In this document: positions 37,024 through 47,432 of the stretch, one piece after another
How the letters are laid out: every line of letters starts with the position of its first letter
Numbering within the stretch: position 1 is the first letter of the stretch
Origin: Promethearchaeota archaeon
GTDB taxonomy: Archaea; Asgardarchaeota; Lokiarchaeia; Sigyniarchaeales; SOKP01
NCBI GenBank assembly: GCA_019058445.1
Contig: JAHPZA010000007.1
Location: forward strand, 20,129-84,128
DNA: 64,000 nucleotides
Direction of reading: 5' to 3'
Program-made: the position numbers and the translations under genes
Notes under the pieces: model-generated
Told to the model about the DNA's origin: nothing
The model's input: the letters and a program-made list of their open reading frames with translations, nothing else
Databases searched by the model: none

Positions 37024-38016
37024 TTGATAAAAATGGTTTCATTTAAGGAATTAGGTCTTAGTAATACAAAAAGAATGTTTGAAATTGCATTAGAAAGAAA
37101 ATTTGCTGTGCCTGGTTATAATATAAATAATTTAGAACAATTACAAGCAATTATTATAGGTTGTGGTGAAAGCGAATCTCCTGTTATTATTCAAATTAGT
37201 CAAGGTGCTAGGAATTACGCGAATCAGACGATGCTTAGATATTTGGGACAGGGTGGAGTTGAAATGGCAAAAGAGTTAGGTTTCAACTTTCCAATTGCTC
37301 TACATTTAGATCATGGCAACTCGTTTGAACTCGCAAAATCATGCATTGACAATGGATTTTCAAGTGTGATGTTTGATGGCAGTCATTTAAGCTATGAAGA
37401 AAACATTAAAATTACTCAGCAAGTAGTTGAATATGCTCATGAGAGGGATGTAAGTGTTGAAGCGGAATTAGGGGTTTTGGCAGGAATAGAAGAGCATGTA
37501 AAATCAGATGTACATCACTTTACGGATCCTGAGCAAGTCGAAGATTTTGTGACCAGGACTGGATGCGATTCTTTGGCCATAGCAATAGGCACTTCGCATG
37601 GAGCATATAAATTCAAAGTTGAAAAAGAAGAAGACATACCTGAATTACGCTTTGACATACTTAAAGAGGTCAGGAAGCGCTTAGATAAGTTTCCTATTGT
37701 CCTGCACGGTTCGTCTTCCGTATTGAGTCATTATGTTCAAATGATAAATCAATTTGGTGGAGCACTGGAAAAAGCGTTTGGTATACCCGAAGAACAGTTG
37801 AGAAAAGCCACTCAATATGGCGTTAGTAAAATTAATATCGACACAGATGGTCGCCTTGTAGTCACAGCTATAGTAAGAAAAATATTGGCCGAAAACCCAA
37901 GAGAATTTGATCCAAGAAAGTATCTTGGTCCCGCTCGTGAAGAATTGATTCTAATGATAAAAAGAAAAAATAAAGAAGTCTTAGGCTCTGCAGGTCAAGC
38001 GAAATACATTGTTTAG
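37024..38016 (+). CDS. fba: class II fructose-bisphosphate aldolase
   Basis: LHLDHG, SSVMFDGS, GTSHGAYK, VLHGSS, KINIDTD, FDPRKYL. Confidence 0.95.
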   Translation: MIKMVSFKELGLSNTKRMFEIALERKFAVPGYNINNLEQLQAIIIGCGESESPVIIQISQGARNYANQTMLRYLGQGGVEMAKELGFNFPIALHLDHGNSFELAKSCIDNGFSSVMFDGSHLSYEENIKITQQVVEYAHERDVSVEAELGVLAGIEEHVKSDVHHFTDPEQVEDFVTRTGCDSLAIAIGTSHGAYKFKVEKEEDIPELRFDILKEVRKRLDKFPIVLHGSSSVLSHYVQMINQFGGALEKAFGIPEEQLRKATQYGVSKINIDTDGRLVVTAIVRKILAENPREFDPRKYLGPAREELILMIKRKNKEVLGSAGQAKYIV

Positions 38017-38055
38017 CGATTTAATTTTTAATTCGAGTGCCTTTTAGAATTTAAA

Positions 38056-39876
38056 TTATTTGGGGATGTAATAATATTCATTAATTCGTTTCTGGTACGC
38101 GTCTTTATTACTTCCTAATTTATTTACTCGAGGTCTTTTAGTTATCGTATCCCTACGAAAAGTAATACCCATCATTTTTAAAAATAAATTAAAACCATCT
38201 CTTAGATTTTGAGGGGGTAGGGCATTCCCTTCCAAACCGGGTATACCTTCAAATACTAAGATTGAATCAGCAATGAAGTCTTGCGTAATAATATCATGTT
38301 CGACAACAAAAGCGGCTTTTTTCAATTCTTCGATTGATTTTCTTAATAATTGAGCTACCTGCAATCTCATTTCTACATCTAAAAAAGCGGAGGGCTCATC
38401 CAATAAATATATATCTGCTTCAGAAGAGAGGCATTTCGCAATTGAAACTCTTTGTAACTCGCCACCACTTAATTCAGACATATATCTCTCACTAATATTA
38501 TCTAAATCCAAATTATTAATTAACCGTTTTTTATAAGATTGACTTAGATAGGGAGCAAGTTTAATATTCCTGATAAGCTCAGATACTAAATTATCCTCTT
38601 CTACTTTAATATATTGAGGCTTAATGGCAACCTTTAGTTCTACTGATTTCTCCTCATCTTCAGCTGAATTATCAATAATATCAGATTCAATTTTATTTGC
38701 AATTAAGTTAATGAAAGTAGATTTGCCAATACCATTAGGTCCTAAAATTCCAATTATTTCTCCAGCATGAATTTCACTGCCAGAAACTTGTAAATGAAAA
38801 TTCCCTAATGTTTTTTCTAAATCATTGTAATCAAAAATTACATCTCCAACATCAAATAATGATTCTTGTGGTGGACGTTCATGAAATTGAATTGGAACTT
38901 CTCTTATTCTAACATTTTCATCTTTTATATATCCATTCAGATATATATTGATTCCAACTCTAACACCTTGAGGATGAGAGATAATCCCATAAACTCCAGG
39001 CACCCCATAGAAAACAGAAACATAATCACTTAAATAGTCGAGAATGGCAAGGTCATGTTCAACCACAACAATGGTTTTACCATCTTCTGTAAGGGATCTG
39101 ACTAATTTTGCCATATTAATCCTCTCACTAACATCTAAATAAGAGCTAGGCTCATCTATAAGATAGACATCACCATCCTTTAAATAGGCAGCCGCAATTG
39201 CCACACGTTGTAATTCTCCACCAGATAACACAGATATGGAACGATCTAAAATTTCATTTAAATTTAATTTCTCAGCAATAATATCCAATTTGTCAGCAAC
39301 ATCATTCTTTTTGAGTAATTCATATACTTTACCGGATACGAATTTGGGAATTTGAGTAATATTTTGTGGTTTATGAATGATATTTAACTTTTCTTCCTTT
39401 AAATCTAAAAAATATTGTTGAAGTTCAGAACCCTTGAAAAAATTTATTATTTCATTATCATCCGGCGCATTATTCTCAAAACGCCCGAGATTCATTTTTA
39501 AATCTCCAGATAAGATTTTTAACATAGTACTTTTCCCAATTCCATTTTGCCCTATTAATCCCAATACTTTTCCTTTTTTAGGAATGGCCATTCTGAATAA
39601 TGAAAATTGATCTGAACCATATCTATATGTAATTTGATCACTCATCGGATCAGGTAAGTTTACTATACTAATCGCTTTAAATGGACACTTTTTTATACAA
39701 ATCCCAGTACCTGAACATAAACTCTCAGTAATAGTTACACTTTTTCCATCTGGATTTAAAACAATTGTGTTATCTCCCGTTCTAACTCTGGGACAGTATT
39801 TTATGCAAGGTTTTTCACCAAATGGACTACATTTATCTGGTTTACACCGATCTTTATTTAATACAGCGATTCTCAT
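38056..39876 (-). CDS. ribosome recycling ATPase ABCE1/Rli1 (true start MRIAVL at 39876)
   Basis: N-terminal Fe-S domain, two GxNGIGKS and LSGGELQR cassettes. Confidence 0.96.
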   Translation of the reverse strand: MRIAVLNKDRCKPDKCSPFGEKPCIKYCPRVRTGDNTIVLNPDGKSVTITESLCSGTGICIKKCPFKAISIVNLPDPMSDQITYRYGSDQFSLFRMAIPKKGKVLGLIGQNGIGKSTMLKILSGDLKMNLGRFENNAPDDNEIINFFKGSELQQYFLDLKEEKLNIIHKPQNITQIPKFVSGKVYELLKKNDVADKLDIIAEKLNLNEILDRSISVLSGGELQRVAIAAAYLKDGDVYLIDEPSSYLDVSERINMAKLVRSLTEDGKTIVVVEHDLAILDYLSDYVSVFYGVPGVYGIISHPQGVRVGINIYLNGYIKDENVRIREVPIQFHERPPQESLFDVGDVIFDYNDLEKTLGNFHLQVSGSEIHAGEIIGILGPNGIGKSTFINLIANKIESDIIDNSAEDEEKSVELKVAIKPQYIKVEEDNLVSELIRNIKLAPYLSQSYKKRLINNLDLDNISERYMSELSGGELQRVSIAKCLSSEADIYLLDEPSAFLDVEMRLQVAQLLRKSIEELKKAAFVVEHDIITQDFIADSILVFEGIPGLEGNALPPQNLRDGFNLFLKMMGITFRRDTITKRPRVNKLGSNKDAYQKRINEYYYIPK

Positions 39877-39966
39877 AATTTTCTCACTATTTAATAAAAT
39901 AATAAATGATAAATAATTTTTTTCATTTATACTTATAATAATTTCAGCTAAATTAATGAAAAGATA

Positions 39967-41676
39967 ATGAACAAAAAATTTCCAGCTCATTGGTTAGAAG
40001 AAATCGTAGATAAGATATCAGAGCGAAATGTTAAAAAGATCACTTTATCTACGGGTAAAACTCCATCAGGACATATTCATATCGGAATTTTAAGAGAGAT
40101 TCTAATCTGTGATGCTTTACGAAGAGTATTTGAATCTAGGGGATATAAGGTTGATTCCTTTCTATTTATGGATGATCTTGATGCTGCAAAAAGATTTCCA
40201 GAATATATTGAAAAGGATTTTCAGAAAGAACATTTAGGGAAACCTTTCGCTTATATGCCTTGCCCATTTAAAGAATGTGGATGTGAAAGTTATGGCCATC
40301 ATTTTGGATATGAATTAATTTCTACTTTTGAAAGTTTTGGTATTAAAACTAAAGCTATATGGACCCATGAATTATATAGAGAAAAAAAGATGCAGGAGAA
40401 AATTAAAATTGCCCTTGAAAATACAGATTTAATTAAAGAAATATTGAAAAAATATATTATACCCACATTAGATAAAAATAAAAAAGAACTCTTTCTTGAT
40501 ATGCTCCAAAATTGGATGCCTGTTATGGCAATATGCGAAAAATGTAGCAAAATTCAATATAGAGATAATGATGGTGCAATTAAACCTAATAGAGTCCTTA
40601 AATATGATGAAAAAAAAGAAATCGTAGCATATAAATGCTCTGCTTGTGGAAATTATAACGAAATTTCCGTTTACAGTGGGATCCTTAAGTTAAACTGGCG
40701 TGTAGATTGGCCAACCAAATGGGCCCTGTTCCAAACTACCTGCGAACCCGCAGGAAAAGATCATTGTGTTAAAGGAGGATCATACGACACAGGTTTAGAG
40801 TTATGTCAGAGAGTTTTTAATTATAAAGGACCTGTTAAAGTGGCCTATGAATGGTTGCGATTAGGAGACCGTGACATGAAAACTTCAAAGGGTATTGTTT
40901 TTACCCCGAAAAAATATTTAGAGATTGCCGATCCAGAGTTGTATAGAATGTTAATTTTAAGGACTAATCCGATGAAGCACATTTCTCTTAGAATTGAGGA
41001 AATACCACAATACTATGATTATTATGAAAGAATGGAAGATATTTATTATAGCTCAGGAAAAATAGAACCAGAAGAGGAACAAGAATTCATTCGTTATACT
41101 TATCCATTAACAAAAATTGATGAATTTTTAGATAAAAAGCCTAAAAGGATACCTTTGAAACTTCTAATTTTTCTTTCACAAATTCAAAATATATTAAATA
41201 TAGAGGACTCATATGAAAAAGCTAAGTCAGTCACAGGAATAGAAGATCTCGAAAAATCTATTTCTATTAAAGATTTTGGGATTCTCCTTAAACGAACAAA
41301 AAAATGGGTTGAAGAAGTTAAAAAATTAATTGAAAATGAAACTGATAGTCAGTTAAAGAAAAGTATAATGCAGAAAATCTCTCTATTTGAAATTCCAGAT
41401 AAACATGATGAAGATATTCTTAAAAGTTTAGATAAAAATCAAATAAATGGTATTAAACTTTTACGAAATTTCATATTAGAAAATGATGCAGTAGATGCAG
41501 ACATTATCCAAAATAAAATATTTACTATTGCCAAAGAAGATTTAAAGATGAAACCTAAAAAAATGTTTGAGGCTATCTATCAAGTAATTTTAGGCAAAAA
41601 ACATGGTCCTAGATTAGGATCTTTTTTATCATTACTAGATAAAAACTGGTTGTTAGAGAGATTAAATCTCGAATAA
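39967..41676 (+). CDS. lysS: class I lysyl-tRNA synthetase
   Basis: TPSGHIHIG, KLNWRVDWP, EPAGKDH, MKTSKG, GPRLG. Confidence 0.96.
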   Translation: MNKKFPAHWLEEIVDKISERNVKKITLSTGKTPSGHIHIGILREILICDALRRVFESRGYKVDSFLFMDDLDAAKRFPEYIEKDFQKEHLGKPFAYMPCPFKECGCESYGHHFGYELISTFESFGIKTKAIWTHELYREKKMQEKIKIALENTDLIKEILKKYIIPTLDKNKKELFLDMLQNWMPVMAICEKCSKIQYRDNDGAIKPNRVLKYDEKKEIVAYKCSACGNYNEISVYSGILKLNWRVDWPTKWALFQTTCEPAGKDHCVKGGSYDTGLELCQRVFNYKGPVKVAYEWLRLGDRDMKTSKGIVFTPKKYLEIADPELYRMLILRTNPMKHISLRIEEIPQYYDYYERMEDIYYSSGKIEPEEEQEFIRYTYPLTKIDEFLDKKPKRIPLKLLIFLSQIQNILNIEDSYEKAKSVTGIEDLEKSISIKDFGILLKRTKKWVEEVKKLIENETDSQLKKSIMQKISLFEIPDKHDEDILKSLDKNQINGIKLLRNFILENDAVDADIIQNKIFTIAKEDLKMKPKKMFEAIYQVILGKKHGPRLGSFLSLLDKNWLLERLNLE

Positions 41677-41716
41677 TCTAAATGTAAAATGAATTAGAAT
41701 TAGTTAAAAAGATTCT

Positions 41717-41911
41717 TTAGCTCTCCTTGTTTTTTTTTGATTCAGATTTATCTTTTTTTTTCTTTTTGCTTTTTTTCTCTTTTATTTTTTTATAGCAATC
41801 AGGACAATATGTTAAAGATTCTTCAATCATTTGCCCACATGTTTTGCAATGTTTATGGGGATATACATAATAAGATTCTCCCTTTTTTTGATATCTTTCG
41901 AATTTGCTCAA
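41717..41911 (-). CDS. DUF2116-like zinc-ribbon protein
   Basis: PHKHCKTCG...YCPDC plus a basic tail. Confidence 0.75.
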   Translation of the reverse strand: MSKFERYQKKGESYYVYPHKHCKTCGQMIEESLTYCPDCYKKIKEKKSKKKKKDKSESKKNKES

Positions 41912-41975
41912 AATTAAAACTCCTACTTGTTTTTTTCTATAAATGATTATAATTGAATATTCCTTTTGTACTTAA

Positions 41976-43247
41976 TCAATTTTTTTCAATAATAGAAACA
42001 CCTTGAGAGCAGATTTTAATCCTGTAAAATTCAGCATTATTTAATTGAGACCTTATATTTGGTGGGTAATTTGGAAAAGTCTTTTTAAATAGATCCTCAT
42101 CATTTATTAAATCACGCAAACTTTCCTTCCAAGTTAATAAAACACTTTCTATCTTATTTGGATTTACCAGAGCAAAAACAGATCCTCCACCTCCGGCCCC
42201 AGTTAACTTCGCAGCATAAACATCTGGATGATCTTCAATTAACTTAATCAAGATATTATTTGCTAAACCAATCCCATATTCAAAACCAGCATTTTTCATT
42301 ATAAGATTCATAATTTCGGTGTTTAATTTGAAATATTCACCTAAATGCTTCCAATCTTTTTTCATTAATGCAAATCTAGCTTTCCATGCGATTTTTGATA
42401 ATTTTTTGTAATTTTTTAGAATTTTAGCCTCTTTCTGTATATATATTTCCCTTAGTTTGTCATGAACACTTCCGCTTTCATGTGTTACACCAGAATAACA
42501 CAATATGATTGGTAATTCATTAATATTATAAACTTCTCCAATATTGTCATAAACTGCTAATGGTTCTTTAGAGATCTCTTCATGAAATAATTTTCCAACG
42601 TAAGAACAAAAACTTAATCCTCCTCGACTGATAACATATCGATCTGAGTAACCTGCAGTAATTTTTAAATCCTCATCCTCAACTTTCGTGGCCATTTCAG
42701 CAATAATATCTTTGTTTATAGGAAACTCATTTTCCCCTAAAGGTGATAAATTATTAAAAAGATCAAAGTAATGAGATAGTCCATAAAGGATTGATATAAT
42801 TATAGAAGCACTGCCTCCTAACCCACTCTGGCGTGGGATTGTATTAATCAACCCAAATTCAATATTCTGTTCTTTAAATTTTTCCCAAAAATTAGCGCTT
42901 GTTTTAATCAACCTATATATACTAGCATAAACTAAACCACATTCGCCTAAACAATTTTCTTTTAAATCTCTTATATTTTTACTGAGTTCTTCTTCGATAT
43001 CAATTTCAAAAGTGAATTTATTAGTATTTTTAATTATTTTATAGATGCGAAACCGGCTTGAGCTATTTGTTTTTTTGATATATAAAAATACAGATAATGG
43101 GTTTTCTATTCCGTTAATTGCAACTGCGGGCATCCAAAAATCAGCTTCCACAGCATCTAGCGGATTTATTAAATTAATTCTCGACGGAGCTTGAACAATT
43201 ATTTCTGGCATTAAACTTTTAAGAAAATTAACAATAGAATTTAACAA
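41976..43247 (-). CDS. GHMP family sugar kinase
   Basis: APSRI, PRQSGLGGSAS, AKLTGAGGGG. Confidence 0.88.
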   Translation of the reverse strand: MLNSIVNFLKSLMPEIIVQAPSRINLINPLDAVEADFWMPAVAINGIENPLSVFLYIKKTNSSSRFRIYKIIKNTNKFTFEIDIEEELSKNIRDLKENCLGECGLVYASIYRLIKTSANFWEKFKEQNIEFGLINTIPRQSGLGGSASIIISILYGLSHYFDLFNNLSPLGENEFPINKDIIAEMATKVEDEDLKITAGYSDRYVISRGGLSFCSYVGKLFHEEISKEPLAVYDNIGEVYNINELPIILCYSGVTHESGSVHDKLREIYIQKEAKILKNYKKLSKIAWKARFALMKKDWKHLGEYFKLNTEIMNLIMKNAGFEYGIGLANNILIKLIEDHPDVYAAKLTGAGGGGSVFALVNPNKIESVLLTWKESLRDLINDEDLFKKTFPNYPPNIRSQLNNAEFYRIKICSQGVSIIEKN

Positions 43248-43325
43248 TTTAAAAACCTAAGGCTAGTTTATATTAAATTTATTAAAATTCTTGGTATTTA
43301 TAAGTTTTATTTTAAATAATTCTAT

Positions 43326-43961
43326 GTGCCGAAGAAAAAAAAACCAAAAAGCAATAGTAAGTTTTTGATTATCCTATCCATCTGTTTAATCCTAATTTTA
43401 TTACCCTTCATTCTTTTTAGGGATAGATTATTTGTAATAACGAGTAATTCCATGGAACCTACCTTAAATGTAGGAGATCTTGTCATCCGTGGAGATAAAG
43501 ATCCAGAAGATATTAAAACAGGGGAGGAAGATGGAGATATTTTGATATTAAGAGGACCTGATTATTATTATGATAAAGGATTTGATCCAATATTCTGGGG
43601 AAATTTAGAGGATGGAACACCAATAATCCATAGAGCCATTGATAAGAAAAAAATTGGTGATAAATGGTATTTTAAGACAAAGGGCGACAACAATAAAGTC
43701 GCTGACGGGGGATATAAGTTTATTAATAAGACGGATGAATATGATTATGTTGTAATTGAATATAATGAATCTGAAGTAATATATATTTCTGAAACTGAAG
43801 TCTTAGGGATAGTTATTTTTAAAATCCCCTATATTGGATATATAAAAATTTATTTTCCAGTAATTTTTGCATCTCTAATAGGGGTTTTGATATTTTATTT
43901 ATTTATCAAATTATTTCATTTTGAAATTAAAATTGTTAAGATTCAAAATAAGGAAGAATAG
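43326..43961 (+). CDS. signal peptidase I (Sec11 type)
   Basis: SNSMEP, PIIHR, TKGDNN, IPYIG. Confidence 0.92.
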   Translation: MPKKKKPKSNSKFLIILSICLILILLPFILFRDRLFVITSNSMEPTLNVGDLVIRGDKDPEDIKTGEEDGDILILRGPDYYYDKGFDPIFWGNLEDGTPIIHRAIDKKKIGDKWYFKTKGDNNKVADGGYKFINKTDEYDYVVIEYNESEVIYISETEVLGIVIFKIPYIGYIKIYFPVIFASLIGVLIFYLFIKLFHFEIKIVKIQNKEE

Positions 43962-44009
43962 AAAGAAAAAAGCTATGTTTTTATAATTTTATATAGAAAA
44001 TTTGATGAT

Positions 44010-45143
44010 ATGGTTAAAAAAGGGAAATTTAAATTATTGTCATATGTAATAGAGGATCAATTAATCTTCTATAAAAGTCTAAATAAAAATATAAAAATTC
44101 TGGCTTTTTCGATTATTGAAGCTGAAAGCTTTATTCCGCTATTACAAATCTTATTAGATTTTTTAAAAAAAAGAATGATTAAATATTTCTCAATCCAATT
44201 AAAGGTGCATGACAAAAATAAGAAATTATTTTTAATAAATTTTGAGGACGTTAATAAGAATGAGATAATCAAGCTTTTCAACATTACTAACTATAAAATT
44301 AATAGCGAAACGACTCAAGTAACTTTTTTAAACAACGAGAATTTGGAACAGATATTTCTAAATATTTTCAATAAAAAGAATACTTCTAATTTATCCATAT
44401 CTGAATCCCGAGAGTCAATCCTAATAAAAAATCATAAATTATCAACATTGTATAACTTTTACGCATTAAATCTTAATCAAATTCATATAAAATCCTCCTT
44501 TATACATAGTTTCTTGGATCTAGCGGGAAGTTTTAATATTAATGGCTATTTAATCTTTAATTTTAAGCCTGGTTTAGATGACAATATCTATTTAGCATCA
44601 TATTTTGTGGAATTTAGCAATAGACTTGATTATAATGAGAAAACTGATCAAAAAATTAATGATTTTTATGATCTTGAATTACTAACAAAACAAAAAATGG
44701 AATTAAACCGGTTTTTTAATTTTCTTTGGAGATTTGACATTTTCAGTAATACTATCTTATATAAGGAATGCTTAGAATTATTTAAAGAATCTTCAGAACA
44801 ATATGAATTTCATGATTTAATCAAATTTAATTCGCAATTTGAAACTAACTTACAGAAACAAAATTTAAAATTCAAAAGATTAAATCCAAATTTATTATTC
44901 ATAGAACAGGGTGTTTTGTTTTATTCGTCTACTTTTTTAGATTCTAAAGTGATTTTAAAAATTTTAAAAAGATATTATTCGAAATTTAGGATCTTCATAT
45001 TAATTTTGGTTGAGAGGGAGTATGAAAAATTGCTTAAAATAAACAAAATTGACATATTAAATAATGTAGAGGTTTTAAATTCAAATAAATTCCTTAAATT
45101 GGATTTTCAAGTTTTTAAAAACCTTTGTTTAAAAAATGCTTGA
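44010..45143 (+). CDS. hypothetical protein
   Basis: 377-aa ORF, no motif recognised. Confidence 0.7.
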   Translation: MVKKGKFKLLSYVIEDQLIFYKSLNKNIKILAFSIIEAESFIPLLQILLDFLKKRMIKYFSIQLKVHDKNKKLFLINFEDVNKNEIIKLFNITNYKINSETTQVTFLNNENLEQIFLNIFNKKNTSNLSISESRESILIKNHKLSTLYNFYALNLNQIHIKSSFIHSFLDLAGSFNINGYLIFNFKPGLDDNIYLASYFVEFSNRLDYNEKTDQKINDFYDLELLTKQKMELNRFFNFLWRFDIFSNTILYKECLELFKESSEQYEFHDLIKFNSQFETNLQKQNLKFKRLNPNLLFIEQGVLFYSSTFLDSKVILKILKRYYSKFRIFILILVEREYEKLLKINKIDILNNVEVLNSNKFLKLDFQVFKNLCLKNA

Positions 45144-45145
45144 TA

Positions 45146-45409
45146 TTAGAATACTCCTAAATCAATTGCAATATCTTGAGCAGAATTATCTGGGTGCAGT
45201 TTAATAAAAGCTTTTTTCTCTCCTCGTGAAGTTATTAAAGTGTTAATTTTTACTACTTTTACCTTATGAATTTTTTCAATAGCTCGTTTTATTTGGCTTT
45301 TATTGGCTTTTCTGTCAACAAGAAAAACTAATTTATTCTCTCTTTCTATTAAATCGAATGTTTTTTCAGTAATTAATGGTTTTTTAAGAACCTTATAATA
45401 TCTCTCCAT
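45146..45409 (-). CDS. rpl23: 50S ribosomal protein uL23
   Basis: PLITEK, NKLVFLV, KINTLI, KKAFIKL. Confidence 0.96.
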   Translation of the reverse strand: MERYYKVLKKPLITEKTFDLIERENKLVFLVDRKANKSQIKRAIEKIHKVKVVKINTLITSRGEKKAFIKLHPDNSAQDIAIDLGVF

Positions 45410-45410
45410 T

Positions 45411-46202
45411 TTAGATCAGCACCTCGTATGTAGTATTCAACTCGTTAAATGCAGATTGTGTCCATATTATTAATCTTCCTGCAACCCCGCCAGGAGCTAA
45501 ATTTTCAATGGATAAATCTTCAACCTTAATTACTTCGGCTCCTGGTATATTTTTTGATGCTTTTAGAATTCCAAAGTTATCTTTTATAACGATTAATATT
45601 CCTTTCTTTTTTTTATATTTACGACCCCTACGCTTTCCTTTACCGCTTCTAATTTTTTTAGATTTTTTAATTTTAAATAATTCCTTTTCGAATCCTAATT
45701 CGCATAATATAGAATAAATTTGTGCCGTTTGTTTAATTGTTTGAATTTTATCGTCTACAACGAGAGGTATTTCAGGGATAGTTTCAATACTATACCCTCT
45801 TTTTTTTACAAAATTAACATCTCCAGAAGCAGATATGGCTGATAATAAGGAAAGCTTGTATGTTTTTTTATTAATTTTTTTTTTAATCATCTTTTCGGTT
45901 TTAATTGAGTGAGATCGTCTGCCCCCTCTTGCAAAAGGAACACGTCCTACATTTCTGGCTGTTGGAAAACCAGATCCCTTTATTCTAGGGGCCCTTGACA
46001 TTCCATGTCCTGTTCCCCAACCCTCTGCAGTAGTCCTAAGACCCGCTCTTTTATCCCTACCTTGAATTTGTTTATTTTTACTTTGAAAAATTTTACTGGC
46101 TTTCCCAATAAGGTCTTTTCGTGGTTTGACTAAAAATATTTTTGGTTTGTCAATTAATCCTTTAGACTTTCCATCCAATCCATATATATTGATTTTTTCC
46201 AT
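45411..46202 (-). CDS. rpl4: 50S ribosomal protein uL4
   Basis: WGTGHGMSRAPR, RSGKGKRRGRKY, LAPGG..GRLIIWT. Confidence 0.96.
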   Translation of the reverse strand: MEKINIYGLDGKSKGLIDKPKIFLVKPRKDLIGKASKIFQSKNKQIQGRDKRAGLRTTAEGWGTGHGMSRAPRIKGSGFPTARNVGRVPFARGGRRSHSIKTEKMIKKKINKKTYKLSLLSAISASGDVNFVKKRGYSIETIPEIPLVVDDKIQTIKQTAQIYSILCELGFEKELFKIKKSKKIRSGKGKRRGRKYKKKKGILIVIKDNFGILKASKNIPGAEVIKVEDLSIENLAPGGVAGRLIIWTQSAFNELNTTYEVLI

Positions 46203-46224
46203 ATGATCACTTCGCGTTGTATAA

Positions 46225-47244
46225 TTATTTACGTTGTTGACTCTCTCGATTGATGAAAGTAATTTCAGGAGATTGTATTATAAATGATTTTAATGGACGT
46301 ATTGTTTTTCGCAACCTAATTAATCTCTTTTTAGGTCCTGGAACTGAACCGAGTATTAAAAGATAATCTCCTTTGATTTTTCCATAATTAATTAATCCCC
46401 CTTTAGGATTAATCTCCTCCTCATTCTCACCAATAAGCATAATTCTTTTATGATATTCAGTCCTCTGATGGAATCCCATTTGTCCTGGACGTGGAACAGT
46501 ATAGAGTACTCTAGCAGGATGCCATGGACCAATACAAGCTACTGCCCTTTTGATTTTATTATTTTTTCTCGTTAGAATTTTAATGCCAAATCGTTTCACG
46601 GGACCCTGAAATCCTTTTCCTTTGGTAATAGCAGTGACATCTATTAATTCTCCTTCAGTTAAAACGTCCCGTGCTCTTACTTCTTGTCCAAGATAATTTA
46701 AAGCATAATTAAACTCTTCGATTGGATTTCTATTAGAATTTACCTTTATTTCAATAATATCTGGCTTTTTTCTTGGAATCGTTGTTTCATATGGTTGAGT
46801 TTGGAAAATTCCTCTAATTTCACATGCGTCAGTTATCTTATTTAATAAATTTTCTTTAATCTCATCGAAATTATATCTCTCAAAATCAGGAATATTAATT
46901 TTTCTTGTTAAAAAAGTATTAATTTCTCTCGTAAATAATTCTCCTAAAACATATTTTCCATAATCATCTTCTCCATAGACTCGTATTCCAATTAGAATTA
47001 AGGGTGGTACCTCAACTAAAGTTACTGGTTTCATTAATTCTTTTCCATAATATGGGCTATTTTTTTGGTCTTCTATATATGCTATATGGGTCATACCCGC
47101 TTTAAAACCAGCAAATCCAAGAAAATTAATATCTTCAGAATGATCTAACCAATGTCTCACGCGACCTTTTATGTGAGCTGCCCTTTTTCTTGGAAGAAAT
47201 GCTAATGATCCGTGTCTGGGTGCGTGTTTTTTTCGATGAGCCAT
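46225..47244 (-). CDS. rpl3: 50S ribosomal protein uL3
   Basis: PRHGSLAFLPRKR, GFKAGMTH, TKGKGFQG, GQMGFHQRTE. Confidence 0.97.
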   Translation of the reverse strand: MAHRKKHAPRHGSLAFLPRKRAAHIKGRVRHWLDHSEDINFLGFAGFKAGMTHIAYIEDQKNSPYYGKELMKPVTLVEVPPLILIGIRVYGEDDYGKYVLGELFTREINTFLTRKINIPDFERYNFDEIKENLLNKITDACEIRGIFQTQPYETTIPRKKPDIIEIKVNSNRNPIEEFNYALNYLGQEVRARDVLTEGELIDVTAITKGKGFQGPVKRFGIKILTRKNNKIKRAVACIGPWHPARVLYTVPRPGQMGFHQRTEYHKRIMLIGENEEEINPKGGLINYGKIKGDYLLILGSVPGPKKRLIRLRKTIRPLKSFIIQSPEITFINRESQQRK

Positions 47245-47432
47245 ATCTAATCACTTAAACTTTGAAAATATAAATACTTCAAGTTAAATAAATTTTTTGA
47301 AATAATAGACGAAAATCCTTTTATTTTGATTAAACAATGAAGAGAGTTGTATATTTTCTCCATTAAATTCCCCTATCAGAAGATTGTACAAAAAAGAGCT
47401 GTTTAAATTAATATTTTTAAAAACAAATTTAA

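Noticed and set aside
39877-39990. N-terminal extension of ABCE1 in the ORF track
   Set aside because: Overlaps the lysS start and the divergent promoter; the family begins at MRIAV
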